From positions 14,097-78,096 of the forward strand of contig JAYVZE010000200.1 in the NCBI GenBank assembly GCA_043783625.1: a stretch of 64,000 bases of DNA, in the 5' to 3' direction. This stretch comes from Blastocatellia bacterium (GTDB taxonomy: Bacteria > Acidobacteriota > Blastocatellia > RBC074). The notes under the pieces are model-generated. The model saw only the letters and a program-made list of their open reading frames with translations, made no database searches and had not been told where the DNA came from. Below are positions 26,693 to 37,396 of this stretch, in pieces. Numbering within the stretch: the stretch's first letter is position 1; every line of letters begins with the position of its first letter. A program made the translations under genes and the position numbers.

Positions 26693-29600
26693 TCACCAAA
26701 CTAACTTGGCTCCAAGCTGGTTAATACGTGCGGCTCTGGCACTAAGTATCTTGCCAAAATTCACCGTATCAGCCACGCTACGAACTGGGTTGCCCCATTG
26801 CGTATGGTTGAAGGCATTGAACGATTCGAGACGGAATTGGAAGCTCAATTTCTCCGTGATGGTGAAATTTTTGAACAAACCTGTATCCCAATTGTTAATG
26901 CCTGGTAATCGCAGAATGCCACGCCCTGAAGTTCCGAGGAATCCAGCGGCAGGTTGTTTGAAAGCTGCGGTATCAAACCATTTGTCAATAGTTTTGAGCA
27001 ACGAGGCTTTCCCGACTATATCCGCCCGATTCGTTCCAAAGGTATCATTCAATCCCCCGACATCGGCTGCCGAAATTGTCATCGGGAAACCGTTCTGGAA
27101 GGTGGCAATTGCATTGACTTGCCAACCACCAATTAAGATGTCCGCAGCTTTGTGCAAATTGCCTCCGAATTTCTTGCCGCGTCCGATAGGCAATTCATAA
27201 ACGAAGCTGCTCACCAAGCGGTGATTCACATCGAATTCTGAACGTCCACGGTCACGACGAATGTCGCTATTATCTAAAAATCCCTGCCAACCCGCGACAT
27301 CGTTTCCGATACCGGCAGCGGCAGATTTGCTATCAATGCTCTTAGCCCAGGTATAGACCAAAGTGAAGAGCAACGAATTGCTACGATGCTCAACCTTGGC
27401 ATTGAAGGCATTGTAACTGGAGTTCCCTGACCAATCGCTATCAATGTAAGTAGCAAAATTAACGAAAGGTCTGCGAGCCAGCACAGGGCAATCACCAACC
27501 GTTGGGGTAGCGGCGCAAAGAGCAGGATTAACAGGCTTACGTGATTGGGCAATTTGTCGCCGCATCAGCAAGTGAGTCCCTTTTGAACCAATATAATTGA
27601 GTTCAAGGGTAGTGTTGGTACTGAGCGAACGTTGCGCGCCGAGTGACCATTGCTGAACATACGGATTTTTTGGGTTCGGCGAAATATTCACTGCCAGAAA
27701 CGTGTTTGCCGCCGGTGACGCTACGCCAACGTTGGCAAAATTCGGAAACAATTGGTTTGTGGTCAGCAAGTTTGTCTGACCTAAACTTTGCGTGTAATTC
27801 CCACGACTGACATACGGGAAAATATCTGCAGCTCCATCAATTTCGCGCCCTTCGGCGGAGTCGTAAAAAATGCCATATCCACCACGTAAAACTGTTTTGT
27901 CATCACTAAATGGACGCCACGCAAAACCGAGGCGCGGAGCAAAGACTTTCTTCGAGGCGTCAGCAGGATTGCGACGACCGGCAAACTTATAATAGCTTTG
28001 GTCGCCAACGATTCCTTTATCCACAAGAGTCTGATCCGCTACCAGCAAGCCCCCCTTTGGATTGGACAGATCGCGCCATCCCATGCGGTTGTTTGTTTCG
28101 TAGGGAACTGAGCGATAATCCCAACGTACTCCTAGATTCAGAGTGAGCCGTGAGTTAATTTTCCAGTCATCCTGAATATAAGGAGCAACATATAGAAAAT
28201 TAAATTCACGTGGATTGCCTGTCTTGCCTGCAACGCTAAAGCCTGCTGGCTGGAAGACGCTTGCACCCGAAAAATAACCTAACAGAAAATCCGCAATTGC
28301 ATTGTCTCTGGTAGCATTTCCGGTGAAAAACCCGCTGAACGTAAACTGACCTAAGAAATCATTCGCCAGATCGCGTTGCAGCGACCATTTACGGAAATTG
28401 AATCCCATATTCAGCGTATGACGACCACGAATCCAAGTCGTAGTGTTGCTGATGTCCACCATCGGCTGATTACTGGATTGGTAATCATTGACCGCGCTGC
28501 CTCCGCCGGAAAGCCCTGCTCCGACACCACCGAAACCGACTGCTGGATAGGAACGCTGATCGTCAGGTAATCCGGTAAAGACACCCGTCAATTTCAGAGT
28601 ATCTATATCAGCCTGTGGAGCGGTCGCTCCATGCTGAACAGCACCTGCCTCAATGTAACCAAAGCGAAATTGATTCACGAGATTTGAACTGAAGGGAATC
28701 GTATGCGAAATCTGCCAGTTCTTGGTTTTTTGAACGAAGTCTACGTCTCCTAGTTCAGTCGTGTTTCCGATGGCAGTGTTAGTGTAATCAGATTGTGTAT
28801 AGCGACCAAAGACTGTGCCCAAGCGACCAAGTTGCTGATCGCCGCGAATGGTGTATTGCTTTTGATCCAGCGGCAAATTGCGAACCCGAAGATAGTTTCC
28901 ACCCGTACCAGTGAAATTCGGCGCCGGGAAAAACTTCGTGGCAGCGAGCTGTGCCAGACGCGAAAAACGGTTCGTTGGAACAATGTTGCCGACAAATGGT
29001 AACCCTGTCACAGGATCAAGAATTTGCGAGGTGAATTTGCCCCCTAGCTGATCGGCAGTCGGGACAGTCAGCAAATCCGATGATCCCGCGATTCGCTTAT
29101 ACCCTTCAAAATTCGCCAGCCAGAATGATTTATTACGTCCATCATAAAGCTTGGGAATCCACACTGGACCGCCAACTACAAAACCATATTGATCTTGTTT
29201 TAATTTGGTTTTCTTGACTCCGCGCGCATTATTAAAGTAATTGTTAGCGTCAAATTTATCTCTCCGCCCAAACCAGAAAACCGTTCCGTGTAAATCGTTC
29301 GTCCCCGTCTTACTGACGATATTGACCTGATTGGCACTGAAGCCATACTCCGCTGAGTATGTTCCGGTTTGCTCTTTGAATTCCTGAATGGCATCAATAG
29401 ACAAAATTGCCGCCGGGGTTCCCAGTGCGGTATCCGTGTTTGACGTTCCATCAAGCAAGTAATTGTTTGAGGTTGGACGCGCACCATTAATACTAATAGC
29501 ATTACCCGCGCCTTGGCGCATTCCACCTTGCTCTCCGTTTGTCTCAACGGTTCCACCATTCAGAAATAACAAGGACAAAAAATTGCGCCCGTTAAGAGGT

Positions 29601-30037
29601 AGCTGTGTCACCTGTTTTTGTGTGATGGTCTGTCCCATCGAAGCAGTTTCAGTGTCGAGCGTGACCGCCGCCGCTTGCACATCCACTGTTGCGCTGACAT
29701 CACCGACTTTTAGATCGAAATCTGCACGAGCAATTTTATCCACTGTCAGTTGCACGTTGGATTGCCTGGAAGTAGTGAAACCCGGCTGTGCTACTGCTAC
29801 TGTGTAGTTTCCAACGGGCAACAAGGCAAACGAATAAGTGCCTTCTTCATTGGTCGTCGCTTCTCGCATAAAACCATTCGCTTGATTAGTGACAGTGACT
29901 TTTGCCCGCGCTAAAACGGCTCCGCTGGCGTCTTTCACTGTACCGGTAATTTGCCCCGTCGCGGTTTGCGCTTTAAGTGAACTGGTAACTCCTAAAAGCA
30001 ACGCGAGAAGAGCAAACAGAAAAGGTATTTTTCTCAT
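26693..30037 (-). CDS. TonB-dependent receptor with N-terminal carboxypeptidase-regulatory-like domain
   Basis: Signal peptide, CarbopepD_reg-like N-terminus, 1114 aa, C-terminal aromatic residue (KLVW). Confidence 0.8.
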   Translation of the reverse strand: MRKIPFLFALLALLLGVTSSLKAQTATGQITGTVKDASGAVLARAKVTVTNQANGFMREATTNEEGTYSFALLPVGNYTVAVAQPGFTTSRQSNVQLTVDKIARADFDLKVGDVSATVDVQAAAVTLDTETASMGQTITQKQVTQLPLNGRNFLSLLFLNGGTVETNGEQGGMRQGAGNAISINGARPTSNNYLLDGTSNTDTALGTPAAILSIDAIQEFKEQTGTYSAEYGFSANQVNIVSKTGTNDLHGTVFWFGRRDKFDANNYFNNARGVKKTKLKQDQYGFVVGGPVWIPKLYDGRNKSFWLANFEGYKRIAGSSDLLTVPTADQLGGKFTSQILDPVTGLPFVGNIVPTNRFSRLAQLAATKFFPAPNFTGTGGNYLRVRNLPLDQKQYTIRGDQQLGRLGTVFGRYTQSDYTNTAIGNTTELGDVDFVQKTKNWQISHTIPFSSNLVNQFRFGYIEAGAVQHGATAPQADIDTLKLTGVFTGLPDDQRSYPAVGFGGVGAGLSGGGSAVNDYQSSNQPMVDISNTTTWIRGRHTLNMGFNFRKWSLQRDLANDFLGQFTFSGFFTGNATRDNAIADFLLGYFSGASVFQPAGFSVAGKTGNPREFNFLYVAPYIQDDWKINSRLTLNLGVRWDYRSVPYETNNRMGWRDLSNPKGGLLVADQTLVDKGIVGDQSYYKFAGRRNPADASKKVFAPRLGFAWRPFSDDKTVLRGGYGIFYDSAEGREIDGAADIFPYVSRGNYTQSLGQTNLLTTNQLFPNFANVGVASPAANTFLAVNISPNPKNPYVQQWSLGAQRSLSTNTTLELNYIGSKGTHLLMRRQIAQSRKPVNPALCAATPTVGDCPVLARRPFVNFATYIDSDWSGNSSYNAFNAKVEHRSNSLLFTLVYTWAKSIDSKSAAAGIGNDVAGWQGFLDNSDIRRDRGRSEFDVNHRLVSSFVYELPIGRGKKFGGNLHKAADILIGGWQVNAIATFQNGFPMTISAADVGGLNDTFGTNRADIVGKASLLKTIDKWFDTAAFKQPAAGFLGTSGRGILRLPGINNWDTGLFKNFTITEKLSFQFRLESFNAFNHTQWGNPVRSVADTVNFGKILSARAARINQLGAKLVW

Positions 30038-30531
30038 ACATTAAACTCCTGAAATAAAATCGTTTAGGGATTGAAAACGACTTCCTGTGTGAAAACATTA
30101 TGGTCTCATCAGAAAAGATGAGTACACACACTAAACCTCAAGCTGAAGGGACTACTTCAGCTTAGATACAATTCGTAAAATAACGAGTGGCTGTCATTTG
30201 AATAGATGACAGCCTAGCTAACTTAATTAATTTTTCTATTTGTTAATTAGCCTGCTACTACGAGTAATTTCACTCAGCAAAGATGATTAGAAATCTTAGA
30301 AATTATTAGATCGAAAGTGACAATTATGAATTATGGTGCTTTTGTTTAAATTAGCAATAAGAAATATTTTGCGTATCTATTTTTCCATAATGCGGAACGA
30401 TCTTCTAATAAAATAAAAGACTTTACCAGGTTTAACCTGAAATAATTCAGAATATTAATTCCGATATATGGAATTAGTTAGTAAAATAAAGCTTCCAGGC
30501 TCATTACATCGCAGCACTTTTACTGAAGCAC
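30038..30531. promoter_or_regulatory. 494 bp strongly AT-rich intergenic region upstream of the TonB-dependent receptor gene, containing three stable hairpins
   Basis: Hairpins ctcatcagaaaagatgag, gctgaagggactacttcagc and ggctgtcatttgaatagatgacagcc. No ORF. Composition far below flanks. Confidence 0.45.
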
Positions 30532-31686
30532 TTATCTGTTATTTTTTACGGGGGTAGAGGAGATATCCGTTTCCGGCGGGTAAATTAATCCAACATTTTT
30601 TGGGGTAATCAATTGATGTTTGACGAAGACCGCTGAAGGAGTCGGCTTCTTTTGTAAAATGGCGAGGGCGAGGGGAATTAATTCTTCGCCGTAACGTTCC
30701 GGGAAATAACCGACACTGCCAATTAATCGGGTTCCCGGACGACGCAGTTCGTCACGTGCGGCGCGGGTGGCATTCTGTCCGATCACGGCACATTGATTGA
30801 TTCGCCCGCATTCTTCAAAGGCACGCAACGCGCCCAACGCACTGGGATCATTGACTGTCGTTACCAAAGTTCGCCTCGCTTTATTGCGCCGCAGATGACG
30901 GCGGACAACGTCCAGGCTATGCTCAAAATCGCCTTTGACTTCCAGATGTGTCGTAATCATCGCCACCCCCGGCAACGTTTGACTCAGCCCGGCCAAGGCT
31001 CCCGTGATGCGCAACTGAGGTAACGAACCAGCCAGTGGCAATTCCAATAACAAGACTTCCTCAACTTTACCTTCCCAGTTTTCTTTCGCCCAACGCCCTA
31101 ACGCGCGTCCGCCAATCACGCCGGCCTGATAACTGTCAGCTCCAAAATAGGTCGCACCGGGATGCGGAATTTCAATGGCGATAACGGGAATATTCGCCTC
31201 GACAAATTTTGAAGAAATGATTGGCGCAACATGCTCATACGCCTGAAATTCAAGGACTAAATTCACACCTTCCTTAATTAGTAAATCCGCATTGCGCAAA
31301 GCGGTTTTCGGGCTGTAATTATTATTGACGGCAATCAGCCGGACTTGTTCGCGTTCGGCGACGCGGTGCAGGCTTTGGCTGACATCTTGTGAAAACTCCG
31401 AGTCGGTTGATTGCGCAGCAAAGCCAATTGTGAACGTCGAAGAAGTAATAATCTGAATGCAACTTCGATAAACTCCTTTGCTGACACGTTCGATCATTCC
31501 GCCTTTGAGAAGGCTTTGTAATAAACGAAAACAGGTAGTTTTGCTCAGCTCGACGCGTTCGACGACTTGCCCCAAAGATAAGACTTCGTGATGCTGAAAG
31601 GCGCGGAGGATGCGGCAGGCACGCACTACGGCTTCAGCAGTTTCCGGTTCGTTTTGCGTTCTTAGTGCCATAATATTTATTGTCAC
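30532..31686 (-). CDS. transcriptional regulator: N-terminal winged-helix (IclR/MarR-like) HTH fused to periplasmic-binding-protein/LacI-type sugar-binding domain
   Basis: HTH segment LSLGQVVERVELSKTTCFRLLQSLLKGGMIER, then PBP-type two-lobe domain. GTGA overlap with upstream amidohydrolase; alternative ATG at 31671. Confidence 0.55.
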   Translation of the reverse strand: MTINIMALRTQNEPETAEAVVRACRILRAFQHHEVLSLGQVVERVELSKTTCFRLLQSLLKGGMIERVSKGVYRSCIQIITSSTFTIGFAAQSTDSEFSQDVSQSLHRVAEREQVRLIAVNNNYSPKTALRNADLLIKEGVNLVLEFQAYEHVAPIISSKFVEANIPVIAIEIPHPGATYFGADSYQAGVIGGRALGRWAKENWEGKVEEVLLLELPLAGSLPQLRITGALAGLSQTLPGVAMITTHLEVKGDFEHSLDVVRRHLRRNKARRTLVTTVNDPSALGALRAFEECGRINQCAVIGQNATRAARDELRRPGTRLIGSVGYFPERYGEELIPLALAILQKKPTPSAVFVKHQLITPKNVGLIYPPETDISSTPVKNNR

Positions 31687-32900
31687 CGTCGCTGAAAAAC
31701 GCCATCTTTCATAATCATCAAAATACGGCTGGTCTCCTGTAAAATGCTCACATCCAGCGTAGGATCACCATCAATCAGTAATAAATCTGCCAACCAATTT
31801 TCGTGAATCCAACCAACTTCCAAGCCCATCAATTGTCCACCAAGTTTCGTCGCAGCAACCAACGCTTCAGTCGGGCTATAGTCAAACAATTTCACAAATA
31901 ATTCCAGATCACGCGCATTCCGTCCAACTGGATTGTAAGGAAAACCGTAATCGCCACCAGGCAGTACACGAATGCCGCGCTTGCGCATTTCGGGATAGAG
32001 TTTTTGCATGCGCTCGACTTCGGCAAAGACACCCATTTTTTCGGCAACTTCGCGGGTAATGCCAAAGGCCTCGGCTTCGTACATCCGCGCATATCGCAGG
32101 CTCACCGCAGGTGCGACGAACACTTCATCTTTTTTCGCTTCGAGTAAATCAAGTGCCTCTTCGTCCGCGTGTGAACAGTGATACAAAATGCGAAATCCAT
32201 GGCGCAGCGCGATCTTAATGGACTCAGCAGATTGCGCGTGACACGACAGCCAAATGCCGCGTTTGTGAGCTTCATCGGCGGCAGCGGCAACTTCGTCTTC
32301 GGAGTAAATTAAATTTTGCGAAGCACCTTCAGAGAACGCATCGTCACCTGACAATAAAAGTTTGATGGAATCAATTCCCAGCTCCGACATCTCGGTTACA
32401 TAATTGCGCAGCGCCTCAACGCCGCGCCCGTGTTTATTGCCTTCGGCGGGAGGGACGCCCAAAACATTGTTTGGAGCCTGTTCCAGCGAAGATGCAATCA
32501 AACGCGGGCCTAGCAGCCAGCCACCTTCGATTTCTTTTTTGAGTGCAATTTCAAATCTTGTACCGAGCGAGCCGGCGGAATATGCACTCGTGAATCCAGC
32601 CTCCAGCGTGACACGGGCATTGTGTGCTGTCACCAATAAATGCTCTTCGGGCGGCAGCATCATCCCGTTGAAAATTCGCCCCACTGATGAAGGCCACGAC
32701 AGATGCGCGTGTGATTCAATTAAGCCGGGCATCAACGTTGCGCCGTGGCAATTGATAATTTCTGCGCCTTCGTGTGTGAGTTGATTCGCGCCTTCTGCAA
32801 TAGCGGTGATGCGATTGCCTGACACCATAACTTCACCCTCAAATGGAGCACGTCCAGAGCCATCAAAAATTTGCGCATCTGTGAAAAGGATTGATTGCAT
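31683..32900 (-). CDS. metal-dependent amidohydrolase family protein
   Basis: GLIESHAHL metal-binding motif, distal HxH/Asp ligands, about 405 aa. ATG at 32900, 1 nt after upstream stop. Confidence 0.65.
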   Translation of the reverse strand: MQSILFTDAQIFDGSGRAPFEGEVMVSGNRITAIAEGANQLTHEGAEIINCHGATLMPGLIESHAHLSWPSSVGRIFNGMMLPPEEHLLVTAHNARVTLEAGFTSAYSAGSLGTRFEIALKKEIEGGWLLGPRLIASSLEQAPNNVLGVPPAEGNKHGRGVEALRNYVTEMSELGIDSIKLLLSGDDAFSEGASQNLIYSEDEVAAAADEAHKRGIWLSCHAQSAESIKIALRHGFRILYHCSHADEEALDLLEAKKDEVFVAPAVSLRYARMYEAEAFGITREVAEKMGVFAEVERMQKLYPEMRKRGIRVLPGGDYGFPYNPVGRNARDLELFVKLFDYSPTEALVAATKLGGQLMGLEVGWIHENWLADLLLIDGDPTLDVSILQETSRILMIMKDGVFQRR

Positions 32901-32901
32901 C

Positions 32902-33345
32902 TTAGCCCTCAATTTTGCCTGGAGCTGCCACAAAGCCTGTCGCCGCAATTCCTGCCAAGGCACACAATTCATCATTGTCACCCGTATCGCCCGTGACACC
33001 GACTGCGCCGATAATTTCTTGATGTTCGTCGAGAATTAATACGCCGCCGGGCGAAGGCACTGCGCGCCCCTGACTGATCGTCGTCAGCGCATCAATGAAG
33101 GCTGGAAACTTCGCCGCACGTTCGGTGATTTCGCGTGTGCCGAAACCCATGCCGAGCGATCCCCACGCTTTACCATACGCGATGTCAAAGCGCACGATGC
33201 CTGCGCCGTCTTCGCGTTTGAAGACCATGACGTGACCGCCAGCATCCAGCACCGCAACAGCCATCGGAGCGAGTTTTAGCTTGCGGGCTTCGGCTAATGC
33301 CGTATCAACAATTTTTTCGGCATGTGCCAATTTTAGTTTTGCCAT
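32902..33345 (-). CDS. GlcG/HbpS-like heme-binding protein (DUF336)
   Basis: 147 aa, conserved AVLDAGGHV and GGVLI segments. Confidence 0.6.
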   Translation of the reverse strand: MAKLKLAHAEKIVDTALAEARKLKLAPMAVAVLDAGGHVMVFKREDGAGIVRFDIAYGKAWGSLGMGFGTREITERAAKFPAFIDALTTISQGRAVPSPGGVLILDEHQEIIGAVGVTGDTGDNDELCALAGIAATGFVAAPGKIEG

Positions 33346-33354
33346 AGGAATACA

Positions 33355-33420
33355 GGTGTCGGGTTTCGGGTGTTAGGTGTTAGGTAATCGAAATTAACCT
33401 GACACCCGACACCTAACACC
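33355..33420. terminator. imperfect GT-rich hairpin (ggtgttaggt repeats) between GlcG-like gene and upstream receptor gene
   Basis: ggtgtcgggtttcgggtgttaggtgttaggt pairs with acctgacacccgacacctaacacc. Confidence 0.4.
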
Positions 33421-33424
33421 TCTT

Positions 33425-36400
33425 CTAAAAAGTAAGTTTCATCGCTAATTGAATCTGACGCGGATCAAAGGTGCGGTTAATCGTGCCAAAAGAAGCACTC
33501 GAACGATTGCCGTTCGCCGGATAAAAATTCGTCTTGTTCAGGAAGTTGAAAAATTCTCCGCGAAATTGCAGCTTCGACCCTTCCCACGGTAAGCGAAAGT
33601 TTTTATGCAATCCCAAATCAACTTGAAAATAGGGATGGCTGCGCACTGTATTGCGTCCCGCATTGCCAAACGGTAGCGAGCGGTCAGTGGGGATGACGAC
33701 ATTATTGAGGTTAAAATAATTTGTAATCGTACGTTCTCCACTTGGTGCGAGCGCATCGCCGATCACATTCGGACGCGGATTGCTGCTGCCAACGCCGAAA
33801 GCTGCGGCGGGTGAATAGGTCAGCGTGATCGGCTGCCCGCTCCACATATTGTTGATAAAACTCATCTGCCAACCACCAACCAACGCATCGGCGAGAGCCG
33901 GCATCTTCGCGCCAAAGCGACGCCCGTTACCCAGCGGCATATCCCACACTACGCTGGTCACATTCGTCAACGTTTGGTCGTATGCCGACAAGCCTTTTTC
34001 CGCAGCGAGATTGAAATAATTTTGCGGCCCCGGCGAATTGCCGTTGGGGTTTTCCAGCACCTGCGCCGAATTATCCATCGCCTTTGACCAGGTAAACGAA
34101 TTCAATACATACAACCCGCCAGAAACGCGCCGCTCAAAGCGGGCTTGCAAACCATGATAATTTGACCAGCCGCCAGGAAAGTACGCGTTGATCGTAGCAA
34201 ACGTCGTAATCCGACGGCGCGCTTGCAGCGTAGCATTTTCGGTCGTCGCGTTCGGACGTGCCTGATTGAAGTCAGCCACCATCGGCAATTTCACCGCACG
34301 ATTCCCCACGTAAGCAACGTCCAGCAGCGTATTGCGAGCAATCTCTCGTTGCAGCGAAAGGAACCAGCTTTGCACATACGAACTCGGCAAATCACGCGGA
34401 ATATATTTCACCGAAGCGTTAAGCGGACGGAAGCTGGACGGCGAAGTAAAGTCCGTTGGATAGCCCTGCCCCGTCGTACGGAAGGTCGCATCCGTCGGCA
34501 ACTGATTGACGACTCCATTGACGACTTGCGGGCCGTTGACCGCTAACAGATTCGAGGTACCAGCGCGATTGAAATGGTTGAAGCTGATGCCAAAACCGCC
34601 GCGTGCGGTAATCTTCAAAGGCCCGCTGTAAGCAAAGCCAAGCCGTGGCCCCCAATTATTGCGATCAGGGTTCAGCAGGGAGCGTCCAGCCAAAGAATCG
34701 CCCGTTGGAAAAATAATCGCATTTGCCACCGGATCGAAATTGCTAATCTTGTTATCGCGTTCCCATTGCGGTGTCGCGTATTCATAGCGGACACCTAAAT
34801 TCAACGTCAATTTTGAATTCACCTTGAAATCATCCTGCACATAACCGAAATGCATCCGCTGACGATATTGCGCGATGAAAAAATTCACCAGCGCATATTG
34901 GCTGCGCAGACCGAAAAGAAAATCGGCTACGTTATAGGTTGCACTGTCCGCTACACCACCCGTCGGACGGCTGAAATTGCCGCCATAAGTGTCCTGCCCA
35001 TATAACGGATTCACGTCCATGATTTCAGTGTTGACGCTCTGATATTCATAGCCCGTTTTGATGGAGTGCCTGCCCTTTAAAAACGAGTAGTTCACTTTCG
35101 GATTGATGACAAACGGATGTTGCCATTGCGGATTTGAAGGACGACGTCCGAGGCTGGTGAAGCCCGTAATATTTTGGGTCGTCAGCGGCCCGGTCAACGT
35201 GCGATCTTCGGGCAATCCGGTGATGCCAAATAATTCTTTCATGCTGGGACCGCCAATGCCCACAGGCTCTTTGCCTGCGCGTGTACGCGTAATTCCCATA
35301 CGGAATTCCAACAACGAAGTCGTTGTCAACGTCCTCGTAATAGCTCCGGCAAGTTGCTGATTCAGCACCCTCGTGAAGCCGTTCCCTGACCCGCCGGACG
35401 CGCCTGGAATGACAGGTTCATTGAAGACGTTGCTCTTGCGCTGACCGATGCGCACAAATGCCGTCGTCCGCGTGTTAATTTGTTGGTCAAACTTCAGATC
35501 AAACTTGTCATTAAAATCTTTGCTGCGCGGTGAATATTGAAAATTATTAGCGCGTCCGGCGATGGTCGGCGTAGGAAGATTCTTGAGTACCTGTAACGCG
35601 AACGGCGTGATTTTATTGGTTGGAATCGCTGTATTCGCCGCGAACGTTTCATTCGTCAGCGGATTACGAACCGGTTTGTCAAAGAGTCCAATGCGGTCAT
35701 TCAGAGTTGGGATTGAAGTAAAGACCGGCACACGACTGACTTCGCGGAAGCCTTCGTAACTCAAAAAGAAAAATGTACTGTTGCGGCGAATCGGTCCGCC
35801 CAAGACGCCGCCGAATTGATTACGTTGCAACACGGGTTTAACGCCGCCGAGCGGTTTGAAAAATCCAACCGCATTGAAATTCGTATTACGCACAAATTCC
35901 CACAACGCACCGTGAAATTGATTCGTACCGCTCTTCACCGAAGCGTTGATCGTCGCGCCACCGCTACGTCCAAATTCGGCACTCATGTTGTTGGTTACGA
36001 CTTTGAATTCTTCCAGCGCATCAGGGGAAACCTGCATTGCCTGATTGGAAAAATTCTGATTACTGGTTCCGTAAGAATTATTGTCTACGCCATCGAGCAG
36101 GAAATTATTGAAGGTGCTGCGCAGCCCGTTAGCATTGAACGAACCTTCGCGCGCATCGCCGCCCTGTGAATCTACAGATTGCGAAAGTGTGGATTGACGG
36201 ATGCCCGTCGAGAGCAACGCCAGTGCCGAGTATTGGCGACCATTCAACGGTAATTCGACAATTTGTTGACGATTGATCACCTGTCCACGGTCGCTGGATT
36301 CAGCCTCGACGAGACTGGCTCCGCCCGTAACCTGTACGGTTTCCGTCAAGGAACCAACTTTCAAAACCATATCAACTCGCTGGCGTGCGCTGACGGTAAC

Positions 36401-36703
36401 GGTGATGCCATCAGCAACCGCAGTTGAAAAACCACTCATCTCCGCGCTGACCTTGTACGTCCCGATCTTGACGTTCAAAAATTGGTAGCTCCCATTTTCA
36501 TCGGTCAATGCCGTAGCAGTAATTCCAGTGCCGCTATTCGTCAAAGTAACTTTGACTCCAGCAACGATATTGTCACTGGCATCGCGGATCGAACCCAGCA
36601 CCGTGGCGGTATCGAATTGGGCGAAGGCTGGTGTCATGAATAGAAAATAGAGAACGACGACGACTTCCGCCGCACGTCGCAGCAGGCGAGTAAAACTCTT
36701 CAT
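33425..36703 (-). CDS. TonB-dependent receptor with N-terminal carboxypeptidase-regulatory-like domain
   Basis: Signal peptide, CarbopepD_reg N-terminus, 1092 aa, C-terminal KLTF. Confidence 0.8.
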   Translation of the reverse strand: MKSFTRLLRRAAEVVVVLYFLFMTPAFAQFDTATVLGSIRDASDNIVAGVKVTLTNSGTGITATALTDENGSYQFLNVKIGTYKVSAEMSGFSTAVADGITVTVSARQRVDMVLKVGSLTETVQVTGGASLVEAESSDRGQVINRQQIVELPLNGRQYSALALLSTGIRQSTLSQSVDSQGGDAREGSFNANGLRSTFNNFLLDGVDNNSYGTSNQNFSNQAMQVSPDALEEFKVVTNNMSAEFGRSGGATINASVKSGTNQFHGALWEFVRNTNFNAVGFFKPLGGVKPVLQRNQFGGVLGGPIRRNSTFFFLSYEGFREVSRVPVFTSIPTLNDRIGLFDKPVRNPLTNETFAANTAIPTNKITPFALQVLKNLPTPTIAGRANNFQYSPRSKDFNDKFDLKFDQQINTRTTAFVRIGQRKSNVFNEPVIPGASGGSGNGFTRVLNQQLAGAITRTLTTTSLLEFRMGITRTRAGKEPVGIGGPSMKELFGITGLPEDRTLTGPLTTQNITGFTSLGRRPSNPQWQHPFVINPKVNYSFLKGRHSIKTGYEYQSVNTEIMDVNPLYGQDTYGGNFSRPTGGVADSATYNVADFLFGLRSQYALVNFFIAQYRQRMHFGYVQDDFKVNSKLTLNLGVRYEYATPQWERDNKISNFDPVANAIIFPTGDSLAGRSLLNPDRNNWGPRLGFAYSGPLKITARGGFGISFNHFNRAGTSNLLAVNGPQVVNGVVNQLPTDATFRTTGQGYPTDFTSPSSFRPLNASVKYIPRDLPSSYVQSWFLSLQREIARNTLLDVAYVGNRAVKLPMVADFNQARPNATTENATLQARRRITTFATINAYFPGGWSNYHGLQARFERRVSGGLYVLNSFTWSKAMDNSAQVLENPNGNSPGPQNYFNLAAEKGLSAYDQTLTNVTSVVWDMPLGNGRRFGAKMPALADALVGGWQMSFINNMWSGQPITLTYSPAAAFGVGSSNPRPNVIGDALAPSGERTITNYFNLNNVVIPTDRSLPFGNAGRNTVRSHPYFQVDLGLHKNFRLPWEGSKLQFRGEFFNFLNKTNFYPANGNRSSASFGTINRTFDPRQIQLAMKLTF

Positions 36704-36779
36704 AGTTGGCTCCTAATCAAGTTGATGGTTCTTTGTCAGTTACTGTAATAATGAAAATATTATTTGTCCGTTTTAGAAT

Positions 36780-37337
36780 TTACGCCAGCCCTTCCGCAAA
36801 TCCTCCATCCAGCAAAACAAATGCCATCCGCGCTGCTTCGTTGGTGCGATTGCTCCACGCGTGATTTGTGCCGCGCTGAATCACAACATCGCCCACATTT
36901 AGTTTCGTTTCGCTTTCGTCCAGCACCAGCCATAATTCACCGGAAATCAAAATACCGTAATCAATAGTTTCGGTGCGGTGCATTAATTTGTGCGGTGAAT
37001 CGCTTTTCTGCGTTGTCGCACCTGCCGCACCCATTTGCGCAAAGCCTGCCGCGATGTCTTCGTCAGAAACATTGTTTTGAATCGAGTCAGGCGGAATGTC
37101 TACGAAGCGAATAATGCTGCCATTGGGTGTCGGATGAAGTTGCAACGGACGCAGCGTCGGATCAGCACTATTGTCAATGGGTACAGGGCTGGCATTCGTA
37201 TTCCAGATTTCATAAAACACCGTGCCGGGGACGGCAGCGAAGGGAATAATATTCGGCGGCGCACCTTCTGAGGCGATGATAGCTTTGCCTTCTTCATTGT
37301 GACCTGTGACGATTCTGCGCATCGTGGGAAGACTCAT
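36780..37337 (-). CDS. cupin domain protein
   Basis: 185 aa, conserved beta-barrel segment with G.VV...G..H.W motif. Confidence 0.55.
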   Translation of the reverse strand: MSLPTMRRIVTGHNEEGKAIIASEGAPPNIIPFAAVPGTVFYEIWNTNASPVPIDNSADPTLRPLQLHPTPNGSIIRFVDIPPDSIQNNVSDEDIAAGFAQMGAAGATTQKSDSPHKLMHRTETIDYGILISGELWLVLDESETKLNVGDVVIQRGTNHAWSNRTNEAARMAFVLLDGGFAEGLA

Positions 37338-37396
37338 TTCATAACTCCTGTTTGATGATTTTTACATTGTCGCAAAGTTCCACTTAAAAATGAGGT

